Shown here: one piece after another, positions 12,382 to 23,169 of the stretch
How the letters are laid out: each line of letters opens with the position of its first letter
Numbering within the stretch: position 1 is the stretch's first letter
Assembly (NCBI GenBank): GCA_050084515.1
Contig: CM114271.1
Location: forward strand, 42,284,001-42,348,000
Origin: Blasia pusilla
Lineage: Eukaryota
DNA: 64,000 nt
Direction: 5' to 3'
Notes under the pieces: model-generated
What the model was told of the DNA's origin: nothing
The model's input: the letters and a program-made list of their open reading frames with translations, nothing else
The model's database searches: none
Made by a program: the position numbers and the translations under genes

Positions 12382-12801
12382 GCGGTAAGAGGAGAGGAAG
12401 AGAGGAAGAGAGGAAGAGAGGAGAGAGGAAACTAGGGTTTGCAGGAGTAGCAAGTGGAGGCAACTCAAAAATGCAATTACCATCATACGTGGGCGGCAGC
12501 TCGTCGGCAAGAATGTGCTTGAACATTTTCAAGGCCAGAGACGATAGCAAACTATTGCCTGATACTCGCAAGAGGAACGAGTATGCGCACAGAGGGCCCG
12601 GCTAGTGTCCGATAGATCCATTGAGGTTGACGACATCCGGAATGTCTTCAGGAAGTACAACATTGTTACGAACATGTGAAGTTGGAGTCGATGTCAGATC
12701 TACTGAGCTAGGGGTTGCAAACGTAGAGCTCGGTGCACTAGGAAATTCTCGACCGTCTACTTGGGAAATAGAGGAATTCAGTGGCAAGCCGTAAACAAGG
12801 T
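12382..12801. mobile_element. Deleted derivative: left TIR joined to an about 360 bp transposase fragment
   Basis: GCGGTAAGAGGAGAGGAAGAGAGG... at 12382 is followed by 12441-12796, a near-identical direct copy of about 16546-16901. Confidence 0.65.
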
Positions 12802-13198
12802 GCCGTAAGAGGAGAGGAAGAGAGGAGGGAGGAGAGAGGAAACTACCTTCAACCCAAAGAGATACTTTTTTTTTACGAGAGTTTCCTATGATTTGAAGAG
12901 AGTTTCCGTTGGGTTGAAGAGAGGAAACTTTTTGTGTGATTTTTTTTGCACTTTTCTTCTCAGTTCTTAAGCACTCCCACAGATTTATTTTTCTCTTCCA
13001 CATTTTAGCAACCCATGTGAGTCCAACAAGTTGCAATTTGAACAAAATTTAGAAAACTGAAAAATCAGTGGAATCATAAATGTGGAACCAATCACTTTTT
13101 TCCATCCAAGGTCTGGAAAAAATAAATCATTGCCTCAGGCTGAATAGAGCTCAAGCTCAAAGTGAAGGTTTTGGAAAATGAAAGTACAATCTAAAATC

Positions 13199-16100
13199 TC
13201 ATTTTGCATCCTCAAAGTGGTTTTTTAGATTACTTTGCACTTCTTTGAAGGACAGAATTGGTTGGTGGATTCCTACTCCTACCTCCGACTCTCTTAAAAC
13301 TACAAGCAACACATAGTACATGTGCTTACAAGGGAAATACCTTTTGCCACTTGTCTCTCTTTGGACAAAGTCATCACATGAACATGTGGGAAAGCAACAG
13401 ATGTGCACCACATACACCCCTATGACACTTGAACTTACAGTGTTGTTCTTGACCCAATACATCCTTCCTATTCCATTGCCACTGTGGACATCTTTGGTGG
13501 CGATGATCTCCATTTTTGCCTCTCGAGCTAATGCAATTTGCTTTGCTCTCTCCACCGTTGGCCTACACATTCTCTTTCTCAACACCCCATTTCTAGACTC
13601 AAACAGAAATAGTGGATTGAGATCATCCACCTTCTCCGGGTATATGTTGACATCAATCTTGGGTTGAATACGAAATGCGAAGGTCTCTTTAATGCAAACA
13701 TGCTCCAAACTTTCTCCGTCTACGACTTTGAAATCGGCACTTATAAGATTGTCCATTTCGTCTTGAGTGCAATTCGTACATGCGACAATGAGCCAAATCA
13801 TGGGGATATTCCCCGGAGCTCCAATGGCAGCCGGTTAAGACTTCCGGAAAGCGCAAGATTCATTTGGGCAGAAGAAGTACTTCAATTGATCCCCGATCCT
13901 CGTGAAACGATCAAAGGTTTTGAGTCCCCAAAATCCAGGCAGTGGTTGTCCAATCCTTGTACAGTTCTTATTTAGGAAAGTGCTGCATGCTCTCCTAATG
14001 CCATCAGATCCTGCCCTGCAAGTGGGTCCACCTCCAAGGTTGCTCCGAGATATATGCCACTGTTTCAGGTTGCAATCCACCTCCATGACCGGAATCCCAT
14101 ACTGTTGAATCACCCCAGTGACCGGATGTTGCGAACTTCCAGCAACGGAGGGCTTTTGAAATAAAACACTCACTGATTTTGGAGAAGTTACTCCATCACG
14201 GATTTGGGAGCAATCCAGGGTCCCCAAATACCTGGGCGGCATGATTTCCTCATCCAAATCAATCACCGTGTTTGTTCCTCGATGTTGCCTCTTCACCTGC
14301 CTGAAGTCAAGATACTTATCTGGTCTCCACGAGTCTCACTCGGACTGCTCTACCACCATCTGTATGGGACGTCTTGAAACGCGCCCACAAATATCCCCAC
14401 CAATGTGTACGTCTTGCTCGAGGGAAGTTCCTGCTACGCACCGGTTGAAGGCTTCCACATAGAGTTTCTCATCACCAGATCTCACAGCCGCCCTGACATA
14501 GAGCTCGTAGATTGAAGGCCCCCTTCCTTTTGTTATGCCTTTTGTGAGGAAGATATGGGATGTTGCAGACTGTAGCATTGCTCTTGCTTGGTCTTGTTGG
14601 CATGCCTCCACAAGTGAAATTCTTTGGCATGCTTGTGACAACCTCCACGAGGAATGAACACTTTGTGCTCCACTTGTGTTGGGGTAGAGGGCATTTTCAT
14701 GAATGTTCAATCCCTGCAACGACCCCAATCTGAGAAGGGAACGAAAATAGCTCAGAAGTCAAAGAAATAAGCTACCTGTCAGAACCAGACGGGTGCAAGG
14801 CCGAGGCATCCCATGAACGACTTTGCGACCTGTCGGTTCCTGACGTGTTGCAACACCCAGGAACCACCTAGTGCAACCCGTCTGATTTCGACCGGTGCAA
14901 GTAAATTTGGCCATGCAACTTTAGTGCCCTGTCCTTTTCCAACCGGTTGCACACTCACGCAACCCGTCAACCCGTCAGATTCCAACAGGTTGCAAGTAAA
15001 TTTGACCGTGCGACTTGCAACCCATTGATTTCCGACTGGTTGCACACTTAGGAAACCAGTCCGTTTCCGACGGGTTGCACACTTAGGCAACCTGTCGCAT
15101 CCGACAAGTTGCTTGGTTTCTTTGGTTTGAAATCCCTATAGTGCGCACACTTCTCAACTTGAGCTGCAACTTTTCAAACAATTCTCAGGGTGAGCTCGAC
15201 AAGACGAAATAGTGAACTCATATGCCGCATGAAGTTTCCCCATTGTCTCATTCGTATAGTCCACCGACTCAGCCAAGAGCACAGTTCTTTGTACTTCCCC
15301 TCAATCGCATGAGAACCCTAAACCCTTCCTCCACCACCCATGAAGTTCTTCTTGGCATTCCATGGCCTGTTTCAAGGTTATGCTGTCCTTGCAACATTGG
15401 AGTAGAGTGACATGTTGTGTCCTCTTATTCTCCTTGATGCAAGATTTGGTGTACCGAGTCAGAGACTGTTACCAATGGAAAGCATGTGACCTTTCCCTCT
15501 CCAGTTGAACCTCTCCACCCCATAACACTTCCCTGATAGCAATCCACCTATGTTGTGCATCTTCAAACTGCCAACATCTTCTGCTTTTACTTCATAGACG
15601 AATATAGTTTTGAGTCCCTTCTCCACATGGTCATAAACGTGAGCACCCATTGTCAACCATCCGTTCAGCACTCTGTAGCAAATATCAAATCTTACCCAGC
15701 TGCCGTAAAGATCTTCCTCTTCCCTCCTTCGATCTATAAGATTGAGGCCACTCGGCGGACCTGTCGTTGACATTTTGAAGACATAGGCCCTAGATCCTTC
15801 GCCTCCCTGGCCCATGAACTGCCATCTCTGAATGAATGGAAATTTGGAGTTGGCCTTGATTTTGGCAATGGCATCCATTTCGGCCGTCTTTCCATCCTGT
15901 ACCCGTATTTGACACAGCAAATTCCGGAAGCATTCAGGATCAGCAAGAAATGCGAGATTTTCCTCGAGTTGTTTCTCCTTAGCAACCATGATCTCGCCCT
16001 GTCCAGGGATTCCAAGCAATTGTTCACAAATTTGTGATGCTGTTGTGAGCTTGATCACTCCGGGCTTTGAACCCGGAGAGTTTCTATAGACCTCAGCCAC

Positions 16101-17167
16101 TTTATTCGCCACATCCTCCTTGATGTGTCTCTAAATTGCATCGGTCACAGGATGAGTGTGGGAGCCAACATGAACTGCCAGCCTTGTGTACTTTGACGTG
16201 GAGCCCAAGTCGTGGACAATGAAAAATATGTATGCAGGACACGCTCCAACCCAGAAAGGGGATGCATGACAATGAGGACATCGATGGCCTCCCGGCGGTA
16301 TGGTGGCACCGACCTCATATGGAGTTTCTACATTCTTGGGGGGGAATTGTGACGTATTGACCCGCCCGTTACGCTCTAGATACGGGCATGCTGGACTTCT
16401 ACACTCCAAGGCTCCAACGCATTGGCGGCGGGAGACAATCCAAGGACCATCTGGAGCTGAAGCACTAGTCCGTTGAAGGCTGCACCATCGATGACAATCA
16501 GACTTTTTGTCCATACCCTTCAAGCGTCCTCCATCCTACTTTTGAGCAGGAGCAGCAAGTGGAGGCAACTCAAAAATGCAATTACCATCGTACGTGGGCG
16601 GAAGCTCGTCGACAAGAATGTGCTTGAACATTTTCAAGGCCAGAGACGATAGCAAACTATTGTCTGATACTTGCAAGAGGAACGAGTAGGCGCACAAAGG
16701 GTCCGGTTGGTGTTCGACAGATCCACTGAGATTGACGACATCCGGAATGTCTTTAGGAAGTACAACATTGTTATGAACGTATGAAGTTGGAGTCAATGTC
16801 GGATCTACTAAGCTAGGAGTTGCAAACGTAGAGCTCGGTGCACTAGGAAATTCTTGACCGTCTACTTGGAAAACTGAGAAATTCAGAGGCAAGCCGTAAA
16901 CTCTGTATTGACCATTTGCTAGAGGTAGGAGATTCCATACTTTACGGTCTGCAATCACTGGCTAGATTGTCTCACCTATTATGTCCTCCGTACCGTCCAC
17001 CCTAACATCCTTGGACACAAAGATGGTTCCAATTTGGAGAAGAAATCAAACTGATTTTCATCCACTGGTATGAAAGACTCACGAGCTTGCGGCCGAACGA
17101 TTTTTGATTGAGGAAGGGCCGCAAGATGACTGCCACAAGTGAGCTTCACATAACTATCCATTCCCAT
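13199..17167 (-). pseudogene. MULE transposase copy C: GCM-like Zn domain, DDE domain and SWIM zinc finger (near full length, disrupted)
   Basis: GCM/WRKY-type Cys/His pattern: RRQCVGALECRSPACP...CPHC...CPAY...HVGSHTHP. DDE region: WVRFDICYRV (first D), HAFHW (C/DxxH position) and NTSGAQSVHSSW (third acidic position). SWIM: CSCDDF...PCKHMYYV. A palindrome-filled intron lies at about 14730-15220. Confidence 0.8.
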
Positions 17168-17243
17168 AAGATTCCACCAGGAGGCGACTGAGAATAAGAA
17201 TGAGGATAAGAACGGGAATGGGTATGAGAATGAGAATGTTTAA

Positions 17244-17249
17244 TTTATA
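17244..17249 (-). promoter_or_regulatory. Candidate TATA box of the transposase gene (also 10345-10350 in copy B)
   Basis: CTATTCACTATAAAT on the minus strand is conserved in both copies, about 70-80 bp upstream of the ATG. Confidence 0.5.
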
Positions 17250-17341
17250 GTGAATAGGGACTCAGATTCTCCTGACACAATTTGACTGACAAGATGAAGT
17301 TTGGTAGGAGAGATTTTCTGACATGATGGATTCAATTATGT

Positions 17342-18270
17342 TGCAACCTTTCGGAGTCCGATGGGTTGCAGAATTTGGGAATCACATACGTGGGTTGCGA
17401 AGCACCCAGTTCCATTTTTTGTTTCCGTGTCCAAATGCAAGTTGAAACCCGTCGGAGTCCGTTAGGTTGGTATCCCCTTCTTGCCGACCAATGGTCTTTT
17501 GAGTCGATTTTGCTAGCATCAAACACGAGACATCGCTTGCATTTGCTAAGGCAACCAATCATGGGGGACTGTTACGGGATTGTCCAACTCAGGGTAGACC
17601 TTGTGACCCGTCGGATTGCAAGGGGTTGCCTCGGAACTATGCGTTGCCGCATTGTTACCCGAGGGATAGAAAAGCGTGCAACCTGTTGGTAACCAACGGG
17701 TTGCCCAGGTACCTCGCCTATTACCCCAAGATGAGGGAAGCTTGCAACCCGTCGGCCTCCGACGGGTTGCGCAAGTGCCTTGCCTTGAAAGCTTACATGA
17801 AGGAAGTGTTTAACTCGTCGGCCTCCGATGAGTTGCGCGGGTAGCCCGCTTTGTTATCCCAAGATGAGGGAAGTGTGCAACCCATCGACCTCCGACGGGT
17901 TGTGCAAGTGCCTTGCCTTGAAACGCTTACTTGAAGGAAGCGTGCAACCCGTCGGCCTCCGACGAGTTGCGCAGTTCCCCACCTTGTTATCCCAAGATGA
18001 GGGAAGCATGCAACCCCCCGGTCTCCGACGGGTTGTATGGGTACCTCGCGTTCTTGCCCAAAGACGGCGGAGGCACGCAACCTATCGGTCTCCGACGGGT
18101 TGCCAGGATAGCTCGGCTTTTTAACCCAAGGAGGATGGATGCCGACAACCTACGGGAAGCGTGCAACCCGTCGAAGCCCTCGAGTTGGTTTTTTTCACGT
18201 CCAGACTTCCATAACGGCCGACACATCGCCGTCCGAACGACGATGCAACCCAACGGTCAGCCCAACGGCT
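17342..18270. repeat. Palindrome array (66-67 bp period, alternating spacers) between divergent genes, copy C
   Basis: Starts at 17677, 17743, 17809, 17876, 17943, 18009 and 18076. Spacers alternate between ...TTATCCCAAGATGAGGGAAG and GCAAGTGCCTTGCCTTGAAA...TGAAGGAAG types. Confidence 0.9.
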
Positions 18271-18277
18271 CGAAAAG

Positions 18278-18285
18278 TATAAATA
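18278..18285 (+). promoter_or_regulatory. Candidate TATA box of the ParB-MTase gene (also about 11304 in copy B)
   Basis: CAACGGTCAGCCCAACGGCTCGAAAAGTATAAATAGG in copy C versus CAACGGTTGAGTCCAACAGCTCCGAAAGTATACAAGG in copy B; both lie immediately downstream of the array. Confidence 0.5.
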
Positions 18286-18547
18286 GGCAAGGGTTCGCTC
18301 ATTTCTGGTTTTTCGTGTCGTGATATTGATTGCTCTTCCGCGCAGCAGCTGACCAGATACCAAGGGGCACTTTACACAGTGACTCATCGCGAGACTCATC
18401 GCAAGACGATTCGAGCGAACGATCACGAGATGATTCAAGCGACTCATAAAGGATACACTTCACGACATCAGCAAGGCGACTCATCAAGGCGACTCATTGT
18501 GCACAGAAAGTAACTTTGTTGTCGAGGAGGAGGCATTTTTTGGAACA

Positions 18548-21500
18548 ATGACGAGGAAAAAATCTCAAGCAAGCAAGGGTGAGAGCTTCACTCCTAGGTC
18601 CATGAGGACTCCTACGTCACCATCTCCAGGGCCTTGTTCGGCCAATGAGATAAGGCAACAAGAGATCGAGGAGCGGGAAAGGGAAGCGGAGATGCACAGG
18701 CAGGAGCTTCTTGCAAAATGTGTTTTGGAGGCGCTTGAAAAACAGAATGCAGAGGTTGAGGCGTTGCAAGCCTTGAAGAAAAGGATCATCGAGGAAAAGC
18801 TTGAAAAGAAGCATCTGGATGCATCGGTGAGGAGAGCAAAATTGGCAAAAGCTCGAAGGGAAAAAAGCGATTGCTATTGAAGAAAGCCCGGCCAAACCAA
18901 AGTGTTGAGATGCGGGAAATGTCCCCGATGAAGTCCGGGGACACGATCAATATAAAATTATCTGAGGAAACGGCCGAGGTTCAAGTGACGGACGATGAGG
19001 TCATGGGGACCGCCAGCGTGGAGATGGTGGAGATCTCTGAAGAAGCAGGAGAGCAGTCTTCATGGTCTCTGAGCCCGGCGGAAGAAATCTACCTCTGTCG
19101 GATCGACGAGTTTCCAGTGGACTTGCCAGCTATTGCCCCAGAGAAGTTGGCGGGCCAAGACACCGATCCAATCTTTGAGCGGGTAAGAAACGATCTTGGA
19201 TCTTTGAGTTATGTGAAGGCCCATGTTTCAATTCCTTGGCAATTCAGTGTAGTTTATTGACTTTGTCCCCGTTGTGACAGGTTGTAAATCAGATGGCACT
19301 GATGGAGGGCAAGAACGCCCCAAGAATTCCACTTTTCGGATTGCGAACAATGGAGTACGTCCACAAAATTTAGTCTGACAAGGATATTGCGAAGCTGAAA
19401 TAGTCGACAGCGACAGCATCTTCCGTAGACAGTTTCCCTCCGTTCTATGTCCAGCCTTACGATCAACATGGAACCCAAGCGTTGGTCACGGAGGAGGACT
19501 TGGAAGCGCTCGACACATTCTGGAGGATGAGAGATCATGAATTCATAAGAGCGATTGAGGGTACGGAATTCAGTTGGATGCGGAACCTCTATTTCTTCAT
19601 CTGGGATGGAAACCACAAGTTCATGGCGTGGACTTAGTTTGTAGAGGAGCGCCTAAATTCATTGGAGGCGCATTTTTGCATGAAGGCACTCGTGCTAAAT
19701 CCATACCCTCATCACATGGCGACGGTGGAAATGGCCATGCATGCCATGAACACGTAAGTTTCCTCTTCCTTTTTTTATGATTGCTGCAAACCGTCGGACT
19801 CTGACGAGTTCTTTAACTAGTGGTAACAAAACATCGGATGCCTTAAAGCGACTCGTCAGAGTCTGACAAGTTGCTTGAATGGCCGCTCTTGTTAGGATGT
19901 TTTTGGCCGAAAGCAACTTGTCAGAGTCCGAAGAGTTGCTTGACTGGCCGCTCTTTTAGGATGGTTTTGGCCAAAAGCAACTCGTCGTAGTCTGACAAGT
20001 TGCTTGACTGGCCGCTATTTTTTGGATGTTTTTGGCCGAAAGTATTGCATTCGCCGCCATGGGCAGGTGATCGGTGTAGGGGAGCTTGATTTTTGGCGTC
20101 AAATTGCAGCTTTACTTGAAATTGCGCAACCTATCGGACTCCAACGAGTTGGTATGTTCACTTTTTCCGCGGAAACCACTCTCTCAATACAAATCATCTG
20201 ACAACCTGTCGGAGTCCGACGGGTTGTAACCAGGCAATCACAAATCTGAATGCAATCCGTCGGACTCCGATGGGTTGTAATATTTAGCTCTTAGCTACCA
20301 TTTCGACCATGAGTTGTAGCGACCTGACGGAGTCCGACGGGTTGCAAGAACCCATGTAGCTTGCAAAAATTCTTATAGTGTGTTTGGATATGCAGGATTG
20401 TATCCGAGGGGAACGTCACCCACCACTGGATCCAGGATTGCGATCGAGTGAAGAAAGTGCTAACGACGCACTGGCAGAGTACAAGGGGTTCTTGGGCAAC
20501 GCTCTTGTTAATGAGATGTTGGGAAAGGGGGCTCAAATCAAAAAAAAAGACTTGGGCAAATATATTTATTTCACAAGATGCAGCCGTGACAATCCTTTGC
20601 TGGTCGAGGATACAGGCCGCCAAGAAGAGCGCTTCATTGGAGATGGAGCGGAAGGAGAACCTGAGTGCGTCTGAGCATGCTAAGTTCATCCAAGCTGCAG
20701 TGTCTGCAGCTACAAAGTACACTACAAGCAAGATACAACACTACATTGCCATTCTCAACCCCAAACTTGGCCCCGATTTCTACAAGGAGCTGAAGGCCAT
20801 AATCAAGCACCAGTAGAAGAGGGATGAAGATCTGCAACGTCGGATTGGGGAGAAAGTGTCTCTTGACCGCGTCCATAGATTTTCCTTGTCTAGAATTTCG
20901 GAATTTAGGAGAATCAGACTGATGAAAATCAGTCTCGAGGGCACATAGGCCCAAAAGAGGGCGGCACACCATCCTCCGGGTGTCTCTAATCCAGTGATCT
21001 CCCACTGGCTTTGTGAATGGTCATTCTGGGACGCGTTGCGGCTTCTCGGGAAGTCCATGCTTGTGGGTCTCCAAGAGGAGCTGAAAAAAATAGAGCCAGT
21101 TCTGGAGGAAGCAAACCTGGAGAGTGCTGAAGATTTTTAACTTTGGCTTGATGACATCTGGGACAAGCCCGATCTTGCTAGACTTGAACGACCCCAAGGA
21201 CATCATCGACAAAAATCTTCGACGGGTGTATGATGCAGTGGCTAAAGGTAGGGACGACATCCCAAATTTCGTGCACCTTGAAGAATTTTTTGAAGGAGAT
21301 GCGGAGGAGCAAGCCCTCGAGACAGTGGAGCTGATGTCCAAGGTCGTCACCGCCAAGGACAAATCTACAGCGGGTCTGAAAGCAAAGGCGAGGGGATCGA
21401 AGAATTCCGAGGCCAAGTCTTCCAAAAAAGAGGCTGAGAATTCAAGGCGAGAGGCAGAATCGTCGAGCGAGCAGGGAGAGAGGGCTGGACCAGGTCCTCC

Positions 21501-22118
21501 ACCAAGAAAACTCCAAGAGAGTCCTAGGTAATAGAGACCCCAACAAGCCGACCGCAGACTCGGGAAAAACGGAAGCAAGAGGCGCCAGGTTTGTCCGAAG
21601 GAGCAAACCAGGATGTGGAATACACTCCATCATCCTTGGGAAGACATAGACAAACAATGATCCGGACGAGAGTCATCATTCCTTACACGAATCTTCTCGA
21701 TGAGCTGCAAAGTTTCAATTCCCAAAAGTCGACACCCGCCATCGACAAATTGACAATGCTAGGACAGAAGCTTCAACGAAACAGGAAAGCTCCCTGGACG
21801 GTCCATAGGGAGGTCGAGGAGGTGGCGGTGGATCTCCTCGTCGCTAATTTTCCCTCTGGGTTGCGCTTGTGGGACGACAATCCGTCTGACAGTGTCCCAG
21901 ATTGGAAGGTCCCTCTTACCTATGACCAGATCGCGCTCCTGTTTTCCTTTGCAGATGCTTATCTCAGTGACAGGGGTTGTTTCTTGATCTTGACTGGAGG
22001 GATCGAGGATGAGCTCTTCAACCTGCAGTGCGTGAAGAGTTTGCTGAAGTGGAGGACATGGCAATCGTGGGTCCTCAAGAATGAGTTTCCACTCCGATCA
22101 GCGACGAGTCAAATCCAG
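18548..22118 (+). pseudogene. ParB-MTase fusion gene copy C (internal deletion near 21170; last exon missing)
   Basis: Same exon/intron layout as copy A, with a palindrome-filled intron at 19754-20395. Reads YFFIWDGNHKFMAW (19602), VDLLVANFPSG (21846), YLSDRGCFLILTG and WQSWVLKNEFP, then a GT donor followed by palindromes. Confidence 0.75.
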
Positions 22119-22305
22119 GTAAGGGCTCTAAATCCATATACAATTTGTCCTCGTCTGACGGGTTGCATCTCTGCATGCAACCCATCAGATCGTCTGAGCT
22201 CGTGACTGCGATGTTGCAATCCGTCTAAAAGCGACGGGTTGCAAATTTACCACAAGTCTCCATTGGGTAAATGCGACCCGTCGGAAACCGACGGGTTGCA
22301 TTTCA

Positions 22306-22850
22306 AAGACCTTCGCATTTTGGATCCAACCAAAGATTGATGTCAACATGTATCCGTAGAAGGTAGATGATCTCAATCCACTATTTTTGTTCGAGTCTAG
22401 GAATGGGATGAAGCGAAACAGAATGTGTAGGCTAACGGTGGAAAGAGCAAAGCGAATCGTATCAACTCGAGAGGCAAGCATGGAAATCATCGCCACAAAA
22501 GATGTTCATAGTGGCAATGGAATAGGAAGGATGTATTGGGTCAGGAACAACATTGTGAATTCAAGTGTCACAGGGGTGTATGTGGTACACATCTATTGCT
22601 TTCCCACATGTTCCTGTGATGACTTTGTCCAAAGAGAGACAAGTGGGAAAAGGTATTTCCCTTGTAAGCACATGTACTATGTGTTGCTTGTAGTTTTATG
22701 AGAGTCGGAGGTAGGAGTAGGAATCCACCAACCAATTTTGTCCCTAAAATAAGTGCAAAGTATCCTGAACAAACCACTCTAAGGATGCAACATGAGGTCT
22801 TACTATGTACTTTGAAGTGCCAAAATGTCCACTATGAGCTTCAACTCTAA
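22306..22850 (+). pseudogene. Inverted copy of the transposase SWIM-finger 3' end
   Basis: ORF 22387-22701 (FESRNG...CSCDDFVQRETSGKRYFPCKHMYYV) is nearly identical to the reverse complement of about 13150-13685. Confidence 0.85.
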
Positions 22851-22879
22851 TCAGCAAGGGAAAAATGATGCATTACTCA

Positions 22880-23133
22880 AGAAACTAGGGTTTCTTACCT
22901 ATTTTTCTTTATTTCTATTAATAGAAAAAAATTCCATCTATCTAACCCTATATTGCATCAGGATACAATATAGGGTTAGATAATCCTAGTAACGCTACTC
23001 CATAAACCACCGACGTCATATTACTATGACTCCTTCGATGTCTAAGTCCGAACCATCAATCTAGGCTTTTCCTCACACAAGGGGGCCGATCAGATTAACG
23101 ATGCTCAGAGAAGTGGATGTTAAGAATCCAACA
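22880..23133. repeat. Dispersed repeat fragment, inverted homolog of 51937-52170
   Basis: Shares GAACCATCAATCTAGGCTTTTCCTCA and GAGAAGTGGATGTT..GAATCCAACAC with the reverse complement of 51937-52170. Confidence 0.8.
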
Positions 23134-23169
23134 CAAAATCTGTCGTGAGGGGACAAAGGAGGAGGAGAA

